64,000 bases of DNA, taken from positions 58,702 through 122,701 of the forward strand of contig JBEKWS010000012.1 of NCBI GenBank assembly GCA_049512815.1, written 5' to 3'. Origin of the DNA: Bacteroidales bacterium (GTDB taxonomy: Bacteria; Bacteroidota; Bacteroidia; Bacteroidales; VadinHA17). How positions within the stretch are numbered: position 1 is the stretch's first letter; each line of letters opens with the position of its first letter. Position numbers and translations under genes: made by a program. Positions 20,522 through 28,425 of this stretch are shown piece after piece. A model generated the notes under the pieces. The model searched no databases. It had not been told where the DNA came from and saw only the letters and a list, made by a program, of their open reading frames with translations.

Positions 20522-20671
20522 CAAAGAAAAACCCTGTAGCACTGACCCTCCTTCCCTTATTGTTTAAGGAGAGGAGTAGGAGGAGGGATTAAGAAAAACA
20601 GTAAAGGATTGCTCGCTTCGCTCGCGATTCTCTGCGGTGTAGCTTAACGAAGAAATAGCCTTGCAGTGCTG
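20522..20671. repeat. GC-rich hairpin-bearing intergenic block (REP-like)
   Basis: It starts with CAAAGAAAAACCCTGTAGC (family motif). CCCTCCT (20546-20552) pairs with AGGAGGG (20581-20587). CTCCTT...AAGGAG is an internal hairpin. AGCACTG (20538-20544) is inverted to CAGTGCT (20664-20670). A second motif copy, GAAGAAATAGCCTTGCAGTGCTG, lies at 20649-20671. Confidence 0.35.
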
Positions 20672-20740
20672 TTATATATAGAACTTTATTGTCTCAGAAC
20701 GAAGTCAATTATAATAGTGGATTTAAGCCCCTCTTGGGGG

Positions 20741-20750
20741 GGGTTGGGGG
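20741..20750. repeat. Target-site duplication (left) of the IS4-family element
   Basis: GGGTTGGGGG directly abuts the left TIR and is identical to 22397-22406. Confidence 0.8.
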
Positions 20751-22396
20751 CATAGCCGTCAACCTAAGAGGTAAAAATATTTTGTATCTCTCAGATTATA
20801 AATGGCATGACTATTTTTTTGCCCATTCCTTTGGAGAACAGGGTTGATTGGTTTAAATTTGCTCATATCAAAGAACTTTTTTAATTTATTAACGGGATGC
20901 ATTCTATTGGGGTGTGTCCCGTTTCCTTTATTAAATATACACATATTTATTTGATTTATAACATAATAAACAAAATATATATTCTAATCCCATTGATTTA
21001 TTTTTCCTTTCTAACCAATGATTTTCATCCAGTATCTTCTCTACCCAACGGATATATTTTTAAATACATCTTGGTCCGTGTTTAAGAGCATCTCTTAATC
21101 TATGGATATTATCAAACAAAGTTTTAAAACACTTATTAAGGCTTAATAATCTTCCTTCCCGTTTAAAAAGAAGATTTCGTTTTACCATGATGATATTCCA
21201 ATTTGTTATCATCAGCAGCAATTTGAAGTGTAACAGGCACAGCCATCGCATGTACTTCATTCTTCTGGTATGATGAATGCCTATTACTGACTTCCATATT
21301 TTGAAGATCAGTTCAATCTGCCAGCGTATCCTGTAAAGTACTGGGACAACCTTATTGGGTATGATTGACTTAGGAACGTTAGTAATGAAGAGGTTGAACC
21401 TGGCTAAAAACATATATTCTTCACTGGTTTGATATCCCTTTTTCTTATGAAGCTTACGGGTTTTTCTCATGCGTTTTTCATAGATGGCTTCCGGTATGAG
21501 CTCAATCACCAACCGGACAGGTATCTTGGCCATGGTTCCAATAAATACATCCTTATAGACCCAAGATATTTTATGCCGTTTCATCTGATAATACAGTGCT
21601 TTAAAATCAAGTTTATGGAGCTTCTCTTTTTTCATCTCGTAGACATTGGTTTTTGAGCCAAGTCTTGAAATAAAGAAGGCCCCTTTGCTTGAGATATTGG
21701 AAAACGAAGAAAAGGCATAATATCCAAGATCCCTGATTACCAAATCATTCTTTTCAACACTGTCAAATGACTCTACTGCATCTTTTGCATCAGGCCTGTT
21801 AGCTGGAGTAAGGCTCAGATCGATCACATGACCGCTTTTTAAATCAAACTCAAATTGCAGACAGGCTCCTGCTTCTGAAGCACTGCCCCCAGAGCCTGGA
21901 AGATACTCTTTATACTCCTGTGGCAGTTTAAATCGTGTCCCGTCTTTAATTGTAACACGGTTAAATGAGCTAAGCCATCCCGCTTCAATTTGCTGATCCA
22001 GCTCCATTGACAGTTGCTTTTCTATTAAATATTTCAGGAAAGAGAGAGTGTTGTTATTGAACTTCTTGTCCATTCCCTGCTTGGTAATGCCAATGTCATG
22101 CTCTGACCTGGCTTCAATAGCGAGCTGGTTCAGACTTCTTGTCTTTCCTGAACTGGCATCATACATCATTAAATCAAAGAACACTGAAGGTTTAACCTTC
22201 GACTTCCTTTTTAAAAATCCAGCCTCTCTGGCTGTTGAGATCAATTCTTCCTCTGTAAAAACATCTTCAAGAGATCTTTTTACAATTATAGGCATGGTAT
22301 CATATACCCCCCTATATTATATGCACTTACTAAACTATTTCTTTATATTAATAACTATATTTATCATCCAATTTAATCCTTAGGTTGACGGCTATG
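20751..22396 (-). mobile_element. Intact IS4-family insertion sequence (1646 bp)
   Basis: Perfect 18-bp terminal inverted repeats CATAGCCGTCAACCTAAG (20751-20768) and CTTAGGTTGACGGCTATG (22379-22396). Flanking 10-bp direct repeats. A single transposase ORF. Confidence 0.85.
21060..22295 (-). CDS. IS4-family DDE transposase
   Basis: 411-aa ORF with ATG start. The C-terminal IS4 signature Y-x2-R-x3-E-x6-K is present as YRIRWQIELIFKIWKS. Confidence 0.9.
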   Translation of the reverse strand: MPIIVKRSLEDVFTEEELISTAREAGFLKRKSKVKPSVFFDLMMYDASSGKTRSLNQLAIEARSEHDIGITKQGMDKKFNNNTLSFLKYLIEKQLSMELDQQIEAGWLSSFNRVTIKDGTRFKLPQEYKEYLPGSGGSASEAGACLQFEFDLKSGHVIDLSLTPANRPDAKDAVESFDSVEKNDLVIRDLGYYAFSSFSNISSKGAFFISRLGSKTNVYEMKKEKLHKLDFKALYYQMKRHKISWVYKDVFIGTMAKIPVRLVIELIPEAIYEKRMRKTRKLHKKKGYQTSEEYMFLARFNLFITNVPKSIIPNKVVPVLYRIRWQIELIFKIWKSVIGIHHTRRMKYMRWLCLLHFKLLLMITNWNIIMVKRNLLFKREGRLLSLNKCFKTLFDNIHRLRDALKHGPRCI

Positions 22397-22406
22397 GGGT
22401 TGGGGG
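22397..22406. repeat. Target-site duplication (right) of the IS4-family element
   Basis: GGGTTGGGGG directly abuts the right TIR and is identical to 20741-20750. Confidence 0.8.
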
Positions 22407-22479
22407 TAGATAGCAGGAGCAAGATAGGGTTGTGTTCGTGAAGAGGATTAAGCCTCTCCGCCTACCAGCGGATCGGCTT

Positions 22480-22550
22480 GATCCTTTTGGGGGGTGCTTC
22501 ACAAAGAAAAAGCCTTGCCACGCTGGCGCGTGGCTACGGTCTTTATTATT
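22480..22550. repeat. Copy of the TGATCC/ACAAAGAAAA/hairpin intergenic repeat family
   Basis: TGATCCTTTTGGGGGGTGCTTCACAAAGAAAAAGCC, then hairpin GCCACGC-TGGC-GCGTGGC (22517-22534), then TACGGTCTTTATTATTT. Compare 10061-10140. Confidence 0.45.
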
Positions 22551-22585
22551 TCCATCCCTTACAAAAGCAAGCTTTTGACGGTCTG

Positions 22586-22620
22586 AAAATAATAAAACCC
22601 TGCCGCTTTCGCGACAGGGC
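22586..22620 (-). terminator. Intrinsic terminator of tRNA-fMet
   Basis: Minus strand reads CCCTGTCGC-GAAA-GCGGCAGGG (9-bp stem, GNRA loop) followed by TTTTATTATTTT, starting 11 nt after the tRNA 3' end. Confidence 0.65.
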
Positions 22621-22630
22621 TTTTCCTTTG

Positions 22631-22702
<72 letters not shown>

Positions 22703-22713
22703 ATATCGAGCTG

Positions 22714-22744
22714 CAAATGTAGTATTTAAGAGGCAATTACCAAA
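22714..22744 (-). promoter_or_regulatory. Bacteroidota-type promoter of tRNA-fMet
   Basis: Minus strand reads TTTG (22741-22744), a 19-nt spacer, then TACATTTG (22714-22721). This matches the TTTG / TAnnTTTG consensus and ends 11 nt before the tRNA 5' end. Confidence 0.55.
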
Positions 22745-22783
22745 ACAATTTTGAATTTATTTTGATTTATCAGACATAAGATC

Positions 22784-22838
22784 GAAGTCAGAAGACCGAA
22801 GATTAAAATATGACTTCCGATTTCAGACTTCCATCTTC
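22784..22838. promoter_or_regulatory. Heptamer-phased GAAG / CTTC repeat array upstream of the superoxide reductase gene
   Basis: GAAG at 22784, 22791 and 22798 (7-bp period; units cGAAGTC, aGAAGAC, cGAAGAT). Inverted CTTC at 22814, 22828 and 22835 (units GACTTCC, GACTTCC, ATCTTCC). Confidence 0.35.
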
Positions 22839-22868
22839 CGACTCTATTAAAATTTAAAATTTAATTAT

Positions 22869-22876
22869 TATGTTTG
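22869..22876 (+). promoter_or_regulatory. Candidate -7 box for the superoxide reductase gene
   Basis: TATGTTTG matches TAnnTTTG and lies 67 nt upstream of the ATG at 22943. No good -33 TTTG at canonical spacing. Confidence 0.35.
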
Positions 22877-22942
22877 TTGAAATTTATCATGTTGGTGCCA
22901 TTCAGGATGATAAGTTATCTCATTAATATAAAATTAATTACT

Positions 22943-23326
22943 ATGCCAAGGGTTTTTAAAGCTTCGGAGATAGAAAAGGAAGATAAAGAGATAAAACGCG
23001 ATTATCTCGACAGACATATGCCACATATATTCTGTCCTGACACAGTTAAAAGAGGAGAAAAATTTGAGGTTAAGGTAAAACTTGGTGAAGAGTATCCCCA
23101 TCCTGATGAACACGACCATTTTATAAGCGTAATCCAGCTTTGGAACAGGGAAACACTGCTTGCTGAAGCCCGTTATACAGCAGGTGTTTATGGCAATGTG
23201 CCTTCTCATTTTGAGATCGATTTTTATATTGTAGCTCCTGAAGTATCAATGAACCTTTCTGCAATGTCAGTTTGTACAAAGCATGGTCTCTGGCAGAGTG
23301 AAGACAAGCAGGTTAAAGTGGTATAA
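22943..23326 (+). CDS. sor: Superoxide reductase (neelaredoxin/desulfoferrodoxin-family, single-domain)
   Basis: The listed ORF begins at a TTG (22874). The ATG at 22943 gives a ~127-aa product. Iron-ligand motifs DRHMPHI (E/D-K/R-H-x-P) and CTKHGLW (C-x-x-H), plus internal His residues (HPDEHDHF). Confidence 0.7.
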   Translation: MPRVFKASEIEKEDKEIKRDYLDRHMPHIFCPDTVKRGEKFEVKVKLGEEYPHPDEHDHFISVIQLWNRETLLAEARYTAGVYGNVPSHFEIDFYIVAPEVSMNLSAMSVCTKHGLWQSEDKQVKVV

Positions 23327-23410
23327 CAGGGTAATAATCCCATTTTTAGTTCCATTAACTCATTTGATGAGGCAGGATTATTATCTTTGAGACCGATTAT
23401 TAACTAGAAA

Positions 23411-24274
23411 ATGGCTAAAGACGAAAAGAAAAAAAATAACTGGCGCGATAAATACAGATTTTCTGTAATAAACGATCATACCTTAGAGGAGGTTTGGAGA
23501 ATAATACTAACCAGATATAACGCATTCCTTCTGATTACTTTTCTGGTCGTTTTCATTATAGGTGCCACCAGCTTGCTGATCTCATTCACAAACTTGAGAG
23601 AATTTATCCCGGGATATCCCGACGTTACTATGCGACGTAACTTACTTATGAGTGCTATCCGACTTGATTCTCTCGATCGTGAACTGGCTTTAAGAGATAG
23701 ATATTTCAAGAATCTGAATGCAATAATATCAGGTAATCAACCGGTTGACATCTCTGTTCAACACGATACTACAAAAGATTATAAAGATATAAAATTCAAT
23801 GTCTCGCCCGCAGATTCTACTTTAAGAGCACGGATTGAAAATGAAGAAAGGTATAATCTTACACTTGGTCCATCTACACCAGAATCAGTTTCAGGACTTG
23901 CCAGTCTTCATTTTTTCCCTCCTGTAAAAGGAATTATTTCAGGGAAGTATGATGTCAGAACAAAACATTTTGGTACCGACATCGTTACAAAACCTAAAGC
24001 TCTTGTCTCCGCTGCTCTGGACGGAACTGTTATTTTCACTGGATGGACAATGGAAACCGGATTTGTAATTGAGGTTCAACATACGAATAATATTGTTTCA
24101 ATTTACAAACATAATGCCAGCCTCCTCAAAGAGACAGGAGATCTTGTTCGAGCCGGCGATGCAATTTCTGTTGTTGGTGACTCAGGTGAACTATATACAT
24201 CTGGTCCTCATCTTCATTTTGAGATCTGGTACAAAGGGAGCCCTCTCGATCCCGAGAAACATATTTTATTCTAA
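23411..24274 (+). CDS. M23 family (LytM-domain) metallopeptidase, membrane-anchored
   Basis: N-terminal TM segment (FLLITFLVVFIIGATSLLISF). C-terminal LytM motifs HFGTDI and GPHLHFEIW. A TATCTTTG box lies at 23382-23389. Confidence 0.8.
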   Translation: MAKDEKKKNNWRDKYRFSVINDHTLEEVWRIILTRYNAFLLITFLVVFIIGATSLLISFTNLREFIPGYPDVTMRRNLLMSAIRLDSLDRELALRDRYFKNLNAIISGNQPVDISVQHDTTKDYKDIKFNVSPADSTLRARIENEERYNLTLGPSTPESVSGLASLHFFPPVKGIISGKYDVRTKHFGTDIVTKPKALVSAALDGTVIFTGWTMETGFVIEVQHTNNIVSIYKHNASLLKETGDLVRAGDAISVVGDSGELYTSGPHLHFEIWYKGSPLDPEKHILF

Positions 24275-24291
24275 TAGCCAGGACACCGGAT

Positions 24292-25461
24292 ATGCCAGAA
24301 AGAATTGCTTTGTTGGGATCAACTGGGTCTATCGGTACTCAGGCTCTGGATATCATTTCAAAGTTTCCTGAAAAGTTTTTTGTTGAGGTTCTAATTGCCG
24401 GCAATAATATTGATCTACTTACAGAACAGGCGCATAAGTATCAGCCTGATGCGGTCGTAATTGGAAATTCTGATCTATACACCCAATTAAAAGAAAATCT
24501 AAAGGATACAAATATAAAAGCATATGCAGGCGATGAAGCTATAGAACAGGTAGTCACCTCATCTACTGTGGATGTAGTAATTGCTTCCTTCGTAGGCTAT
24601 TCAGGAGTGAGACCTACCGTTGCAGCAATAAAAGCCGGAAAAAAAATTGCCCTCGCCAACAAAGAGACTCTCGTTGTGGCAGGTGAAATAATAGGAAGAT
24701 TGGTCAGCGAATCGGGAAGCATTATAATCCCTGTCGATTCAGAACATTCGGCAATTTTTCAATGTCTCGTCGGTGAATCGGGAAACCCGGTTGAAAAAGT
24801 TACACTTACAGCTTCAGGGGGGCCGTTTCTAAACTTCTCCGAAGAGATGTTGAAAAAAGTCAAGCCATGTGATGCTCTGAAAAATCCCAACTGGAATATG
24901 GGCTGTAAGGTCACTATCGACTCTGCTTCACTCATGAATAAAGGACTGGAAGTGATTGAAGCAAAATGGCTTTTTAATCTTACTCCGGAGCAGATTTCGG
25001 TAATAATTCATCCCCAGTCAATAATTCATTCATTTGTCCACTTTGCAGATGGGTCAATTAAGGCTCAACTTAGCGTCCCCGATATGAGGGTTCCGATCCT
25101 TTATGCCCTGACCTATCCTGACCGGCTGCATTCCGACCTTCCACGTCTTGAACTTAAGGACTGTAAAACTCTTACATTCATTGATCCTGACATGAAAAAA
25201 TTCAGGAATCTTCCACTTGCATTTTATGCACTTAATAAGGGTGGAAATATGCCATGTATATTGAATGCGGCTAATGAAATGGCAGTCAAAGCTTTTCTTG
25301 ACGAAAAGATTGGATTTACACAAATGCCTGATGTTGTGGAACATACAATGGAAAATAGTTTGTACTCCCTCTCTCCTGATCTGGATTCCCTTGAAGTTAC
25401 TGATGCCAACGCAAGGGGAACAGCTATCAACTTTATTAATAAACTTCATAAAACAAGATGA
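24292..25461 (+). CDS. dxr: 1-deoxy-D-xylulose 5-phosphate reductoisomerase
   Basis: N-terminal NADPH motif LGSTGSIGTQALD. PVDSEHSAIFQC, NWNMGCKVTIDSASLMNKGLEVIEA. Typical 389-aa length. Confidence 0.95.
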   Translation: MPERIALLGSTGSIGTQALDIISKFPEKFFVEVLIAGNNIDLLTEQAHKYQPDAVVIGNSDLYTQLKENLKDTNIKAYAGDEAIEQVVTSSTVDVVIASFVGYSGVRPTVAAIKAGKKIALANKETLVVAGEIIGRLVSESGSIIIPVDSEHSAIFQCLVGESGNPVEKVTLTASGGPFLNFSEEMLKKVKPCDALKNPNWNMGCKVTIDSASLMNKGLEVIEAKWLFNLTPEQISVIIHPQSIIHSFVHFADGSIKAQLSVPDMRVPILYALTYPDRLHSDLPRLELKDCKTLTFIDPDMKKFRNLPLAFYALNKGGNMPCILNAANEMAVKAFLDEKIGFTQMPDVVEHTMENSLYSLSPDLDSLEVTDANARGTAINFINKLHKTR

Positions 25462-26789
25462 CAATACTAATTAAAATCCTGCAGTTTGTTATGAGTCTTT
25501 CAATTCTTGTATTAATACATGAATTAGGACATTTTACACTTGCTAAATTTTTCAAAACAAGAGTCGAAAAATTTTATCTCTTCTTCGATCCGTGGTTTGC
25601 ACTTTTTAAACATAAGAAGGGCGAAACAGAATATGGTATCGGATGGCTCCCTCTTGGAGGTTATGTTAAGATTTCAGGGATGATCGATGAATCGATGGAC
25701 AAAGAACAAATGAAACAACCTCCTAAACCCTGGGAATTCAGGTCAAAGACATCAGGGCAACGGCTTTTAATTATGACAGGTGGTGTGGTTTTCAATTTTG
25801 TCTTTGCGATGCTGGTCTATATTCTTGTCTTGTTTGCCTGGGGCGAAACATACCTGCCAACAGCTAACGCTAAATATGGAATTGTTACTGACTCGGTCGG
25901 GTATGCAATAGGTCTCAGGAACGGCGATAAGATTCTTACAGTTGACAATAAGCATATTGAGAACTTTCTTGAGATAACTACCGATATAGTCCTGAACAAT
26001 CGCAAAACTATTCAGGTGGAACGCGACGGTGCAGTTCTAAATATTGAAATACCTAAGGAATATATCCCTAAAATGCTTAAAGGGAAAGGTCAGGTTGAAC
26101 CAAGAACCCCTTTCGGACCATTTGTAGTTGCAGCCTTTGGAAAAGAGTCTCCCGGAAAGATCGCAGGAGTTCTCCTGGGAGATGAACTTATTGGTCTCGA
26201 TGACAAAAAATTCACCTATTTTGATGAATTTCAAAAGTATCTGAATGTTAACAAAGATCACTCTCTGGTTGTAAATCTTTTACGTAAAGGAGAAAATATA
26301 AAAATCTCTGTAAAACCTACTTCTTCAGGATTACTAGGGATCAACAGGACTGGTTCTCTCGACCAGATATTTGAACTGAAAACCATAAAATATGGATTTC
26401 TGCAATCCTTTCCTGCCGGTATAGATAAAGGATTTAGAACAGTTCGTAACTATCTGAAACAGTTTAAACTCATTTTTTCAAAACACACAAAAGGATATGA
26501 ATCACTTGGTGGCTTTATTACTATTGGTAGCATCTTCCCCGGAGTATGGGACTGGCAATCATTCTGGAACCTGACTGCATTTCTTTCAATAATACTTGCA
26601 GTTATGAATATTCTGCCAATACCTGCTCTTGACGGAGGTCATGTTATCTTTTTATTATTTGAGGTAATCACAGGAAGAAAGCCAAGTGATAAGTTCCTTG
26701 AATATGCACAGATTGCCGGAATGATTTTATTATTGGCACTATTGATTTATGCAAATGGTAATGATGTGCTGAGATTGATCAGAAAATAG
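25458..26789 (+). CDS. rseP: RIP metalloprotease RseP (site-2 protease)
   Basis: HELGHF zinc motif in TM1. Central PDZ-like region. C-terminal NILPIPALDGGH motif. The start overlaps the dxr stop (ATGA). Confidence 0.9.
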   Translation: MTILIKILQFVMSLSILVLIHELGHFTLAKFFKTRVEKFYLFFDPWFALFKHKKGETEYGIGWLPLGGYVKISGMIDESMDKEQMKQPPKPWEFRSKTSGQRLLIMTGGVVFNFVFAMLVYILVLFAWGETYLPTANAKYGIVTDSVGYAIGLRNGDKILTVDNKHIENFLEITTDIVLNNRKTIQVERDGAVLNIEIPKEYIPKMLKGKGQVEPRTPFGPFVVAAFGKESPGKIAGVLLGDELIGLDDKKFTYFDEFQKYLNVNKDHSLVVNLLRKGENIKISVKPTSSGLLGINRTGSLDQIFELKTIKYGFLQSFPAGIDKGFRTVRNYLKQFKLIFSKHTKGYESLGGFITIGSIFPGVWDWQSFWNLTAFLSIILAVMNILPIPALDGGHVIFLLFEVITGRKPSDKFLEYAQIAGMILLLALLIYANGNDVLRLIRK

Positions 26790-26860
26790 ATTTACATTAA
26801 TAATAGCTTGTAAATAAACAAAGAATTCTTAACTTTGTATAAATTTTAAAACCAGGAGAT

Positions 26861-27043
26861 ATGCAAAGAATAGGTTTAACAGAGATATTACTCATATTAG
26901 TTGTAGTAGTTTTACTTTTTGGTGGTCGTAAGATTCCGGAACTTATGAAAGGAATCGGCCAGGGACTGAAAGAATTTAAAAAGGCGTCAAGCTATGATCC
27001 GGCTGAGGATGAAAAAGAAGCCACCCCTAAGAAGGAAAAATAA
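26861..27043 (+). CDS. tatA: Twin-arginine translocase subunit TatA/E
   Basis: 60 aa: TM helix followed by the hinge/amphipathic helix [25 protein letters not shown]. Confidence 0.85.
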   Translation: MQRIGLTEILLILVVVVLLFGGRKIPELMKGIGQGLKEFKKASSYDPAEDEKEATPKKEK

Positions 27044-27064
27044 TGATTCTATAATATTCACAGG

Positions 27065-27093
27065 AAACCTGCATTTAAATGCAGGTTTTTTTG
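27065..27093 (+). terminator. Intrinsic terminator of tatA
   Basis: Perfect 24-nt palindrome AAACCTGCATTTAAATGCAGGTTT followed by additional Ts. Confidence 0.7.
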
Positions 27094-27114
27094 TATAATT
27101 TGGTTTAAAAACCC

Positions 27115-27153
27115 AACACCTCCCCCTGACCGAAGTGTCATGACGGGGTGGTT
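27115..27153. repeat. Short copy of an inverted-repeat-bounded intergenic element (AACCTCCCC...GGGGTGGTT)
   Basis: AACACCTCCCCC TGA CCGAAGTGTCATGACGGGGTGGTT. The right 24 nt are 22/24 identical to 46231-46254. Confidence 0.45.
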
Positions 27154-27175
27154 GAAAACACCTTTGATTATCCTT

Positions 27176-28279
27176 TTAGGGGGTAAGGGGCTGATATATC
27201 AATTCATATTTCTGGTTTCTTCTCCCGGGTATAAATCCTGCTTCTTTTATTATTGATTGCATTTCATTCGCATTATAACGGTTGGTTGCCCCGGCTGCAC
27301 TGACCACATTCTCTTCAATCATAATGGACCCAAGATCGTTCGCTCCGGAATGGAGGGTCAACATTCCGATTTCCTTACCCACAGTGAGTATAGAAGCTTG
27401 TATATTTCTTATATTATTTAATATGATACGGCTTATTGCAATCAATCTAATATAATCCGGACCATTGTAACTGCTTTTAATTCCATGTTTCTTTAAAAGA
27501 ACGGTTCCTTCATCCTGAAATGGCCAGGGAATAAAAGTTATAAATCCAAAATGGTTTTCCTGTTTTTCAGACTGTAAATCCCTTATGCAGATGAGGTGTT
27601 CAATCCTCTCCCGGGTTGTTTCTATATGACCAAACATCATAGTTGCCGAAGTAGGCAGGTTCAATCTGTGTGCTTCTCTCATTACATCAAGCCACTCTTC
27701 AGAAGTAGCTTTTGCCGGAGAAACAATTCTCCTTACCCGGTCGGAAAGAATCTCCGCCCCGGCTCCGGGAAGACTGTCAAGCCCTGCTTCAATCAGATGA
27801 GAAAGAACCGCGGAATAAGAAAGGCGTTCCTTTTTTGCAAGGTAAACTATCTCCGGAGGTCCGAGAGCATGCAATTTTAATGTGGGGTATAATCTCTTTA
27901 GGTTTCTGAAAAGATCAATATAAAAGCTGATATCAAGGTCCGGATTCATCCCTCCCTGCAAAAGAAGTTGATCTCCTCCCAGGGAATACAATTCATCAAT
28001 TTTTGATATATAGTCACTTACAGATGTAATATACGCCTCGGGTGATCCTTTTTTCCTGCAAAAGTTACAAAAGGAACATTGGGAAAAGCAGATATTTGTA
28101 ATATTCACATTTCTATCGATCATCCATCCCACAATATTCCCCGGATTATGTAATTGCCTGAGTTTATTAGCAACAAACATCAGCTCTTCGACCGGAGCCC
28201 GGGAATAAAGGGCAACTCCTTCCTCAACATTCAATGGGACAAGTTCAAGCGCTTTCTCATATAATTTTTCTAAAACCAT
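27176..28279 (-). CDS. Radical SAM enzyme of the CofH/MqnC/MqnE family (futalosine-pathway type)
   Basis: The listed start at 28291 is a TTG. The ATG at 28279 (MVLEKLYEKAL) is preferred. CxxxCxxC cluster in NICFSQCSFCNF, and family-typical GGMNPD, SLPGAGAEIL and MMFGHIET. A TACCTTTG box lies on the minus strand at 28350-28357. Confidence 0.6.
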   Translation of the reverse strand: MVLEKLYEKALELVPLNVEEGVALYSRAPVEELMFVANKLRQLHNPGNIVGWMIDRNVNITNICFSQCSFCNFCRKKGSPEAYITSVSDYISKIDELYSLGGDQLLLQGGMNPDLDISFYIDLFRNLKRLYPTLKLHALGPPEIVYLAKKERLSYSAVLSHLIEAGLDSLPGAGAEILSDRVRRIVSPAKATSEEWLDVMREAHRLNLPTSATMMFGHIETTRERIEHLICIRDLQSEKQENHFGFITFIPWPFQDEGTVLLKKHGIKSSYNGPDYIRLIAISRIILNNIRNIQASILTVGKEIGMLTLHSGANDLGSIMIEENVVSAAGATNRYNANEMQSIIKEAGFIPGRRNQKYELIYQPLTP

Positions 28280-28425
28280 ATTTATAAACAAGTTATCATA
28301 ATCAAAGTAAGCAATAAATCACTTTTTTGATTACAGGAATTAAACAGGGCAAAGGTAACTCTTTGTAAACGAAACAATCAATATTTTAATTAACTTTACA
28401 TCTTCAAAAAACGCTGGATAATAAT

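Noticed and set aside
20759-20944. 61-aa ORF inside the 3' non-coding part of the IS element.
   Set aside because: No recognisable motif. It lies in an AT-rich region between the transposase stop and the TIR. IS4-family elements normally encode a single transposase.
22874-22942. N-terminal extension of the superoxide reductase ORF from a TTG start.
   Set aside because: It overlaps the candidate -7 box and adds a hydrophobic junk segment to a normally cytoplasmic ~125-aa enzyme. The ATG at 22943 is preferred.
25458-25461. ATGA start/stop overlaps (dxr/rseP here, pgmB/GH65 at 41476-41479, MFS/pgmB at 40811-40814).
   Set aside because: This is ordinary translational coupling within operons, not a recoding signal.
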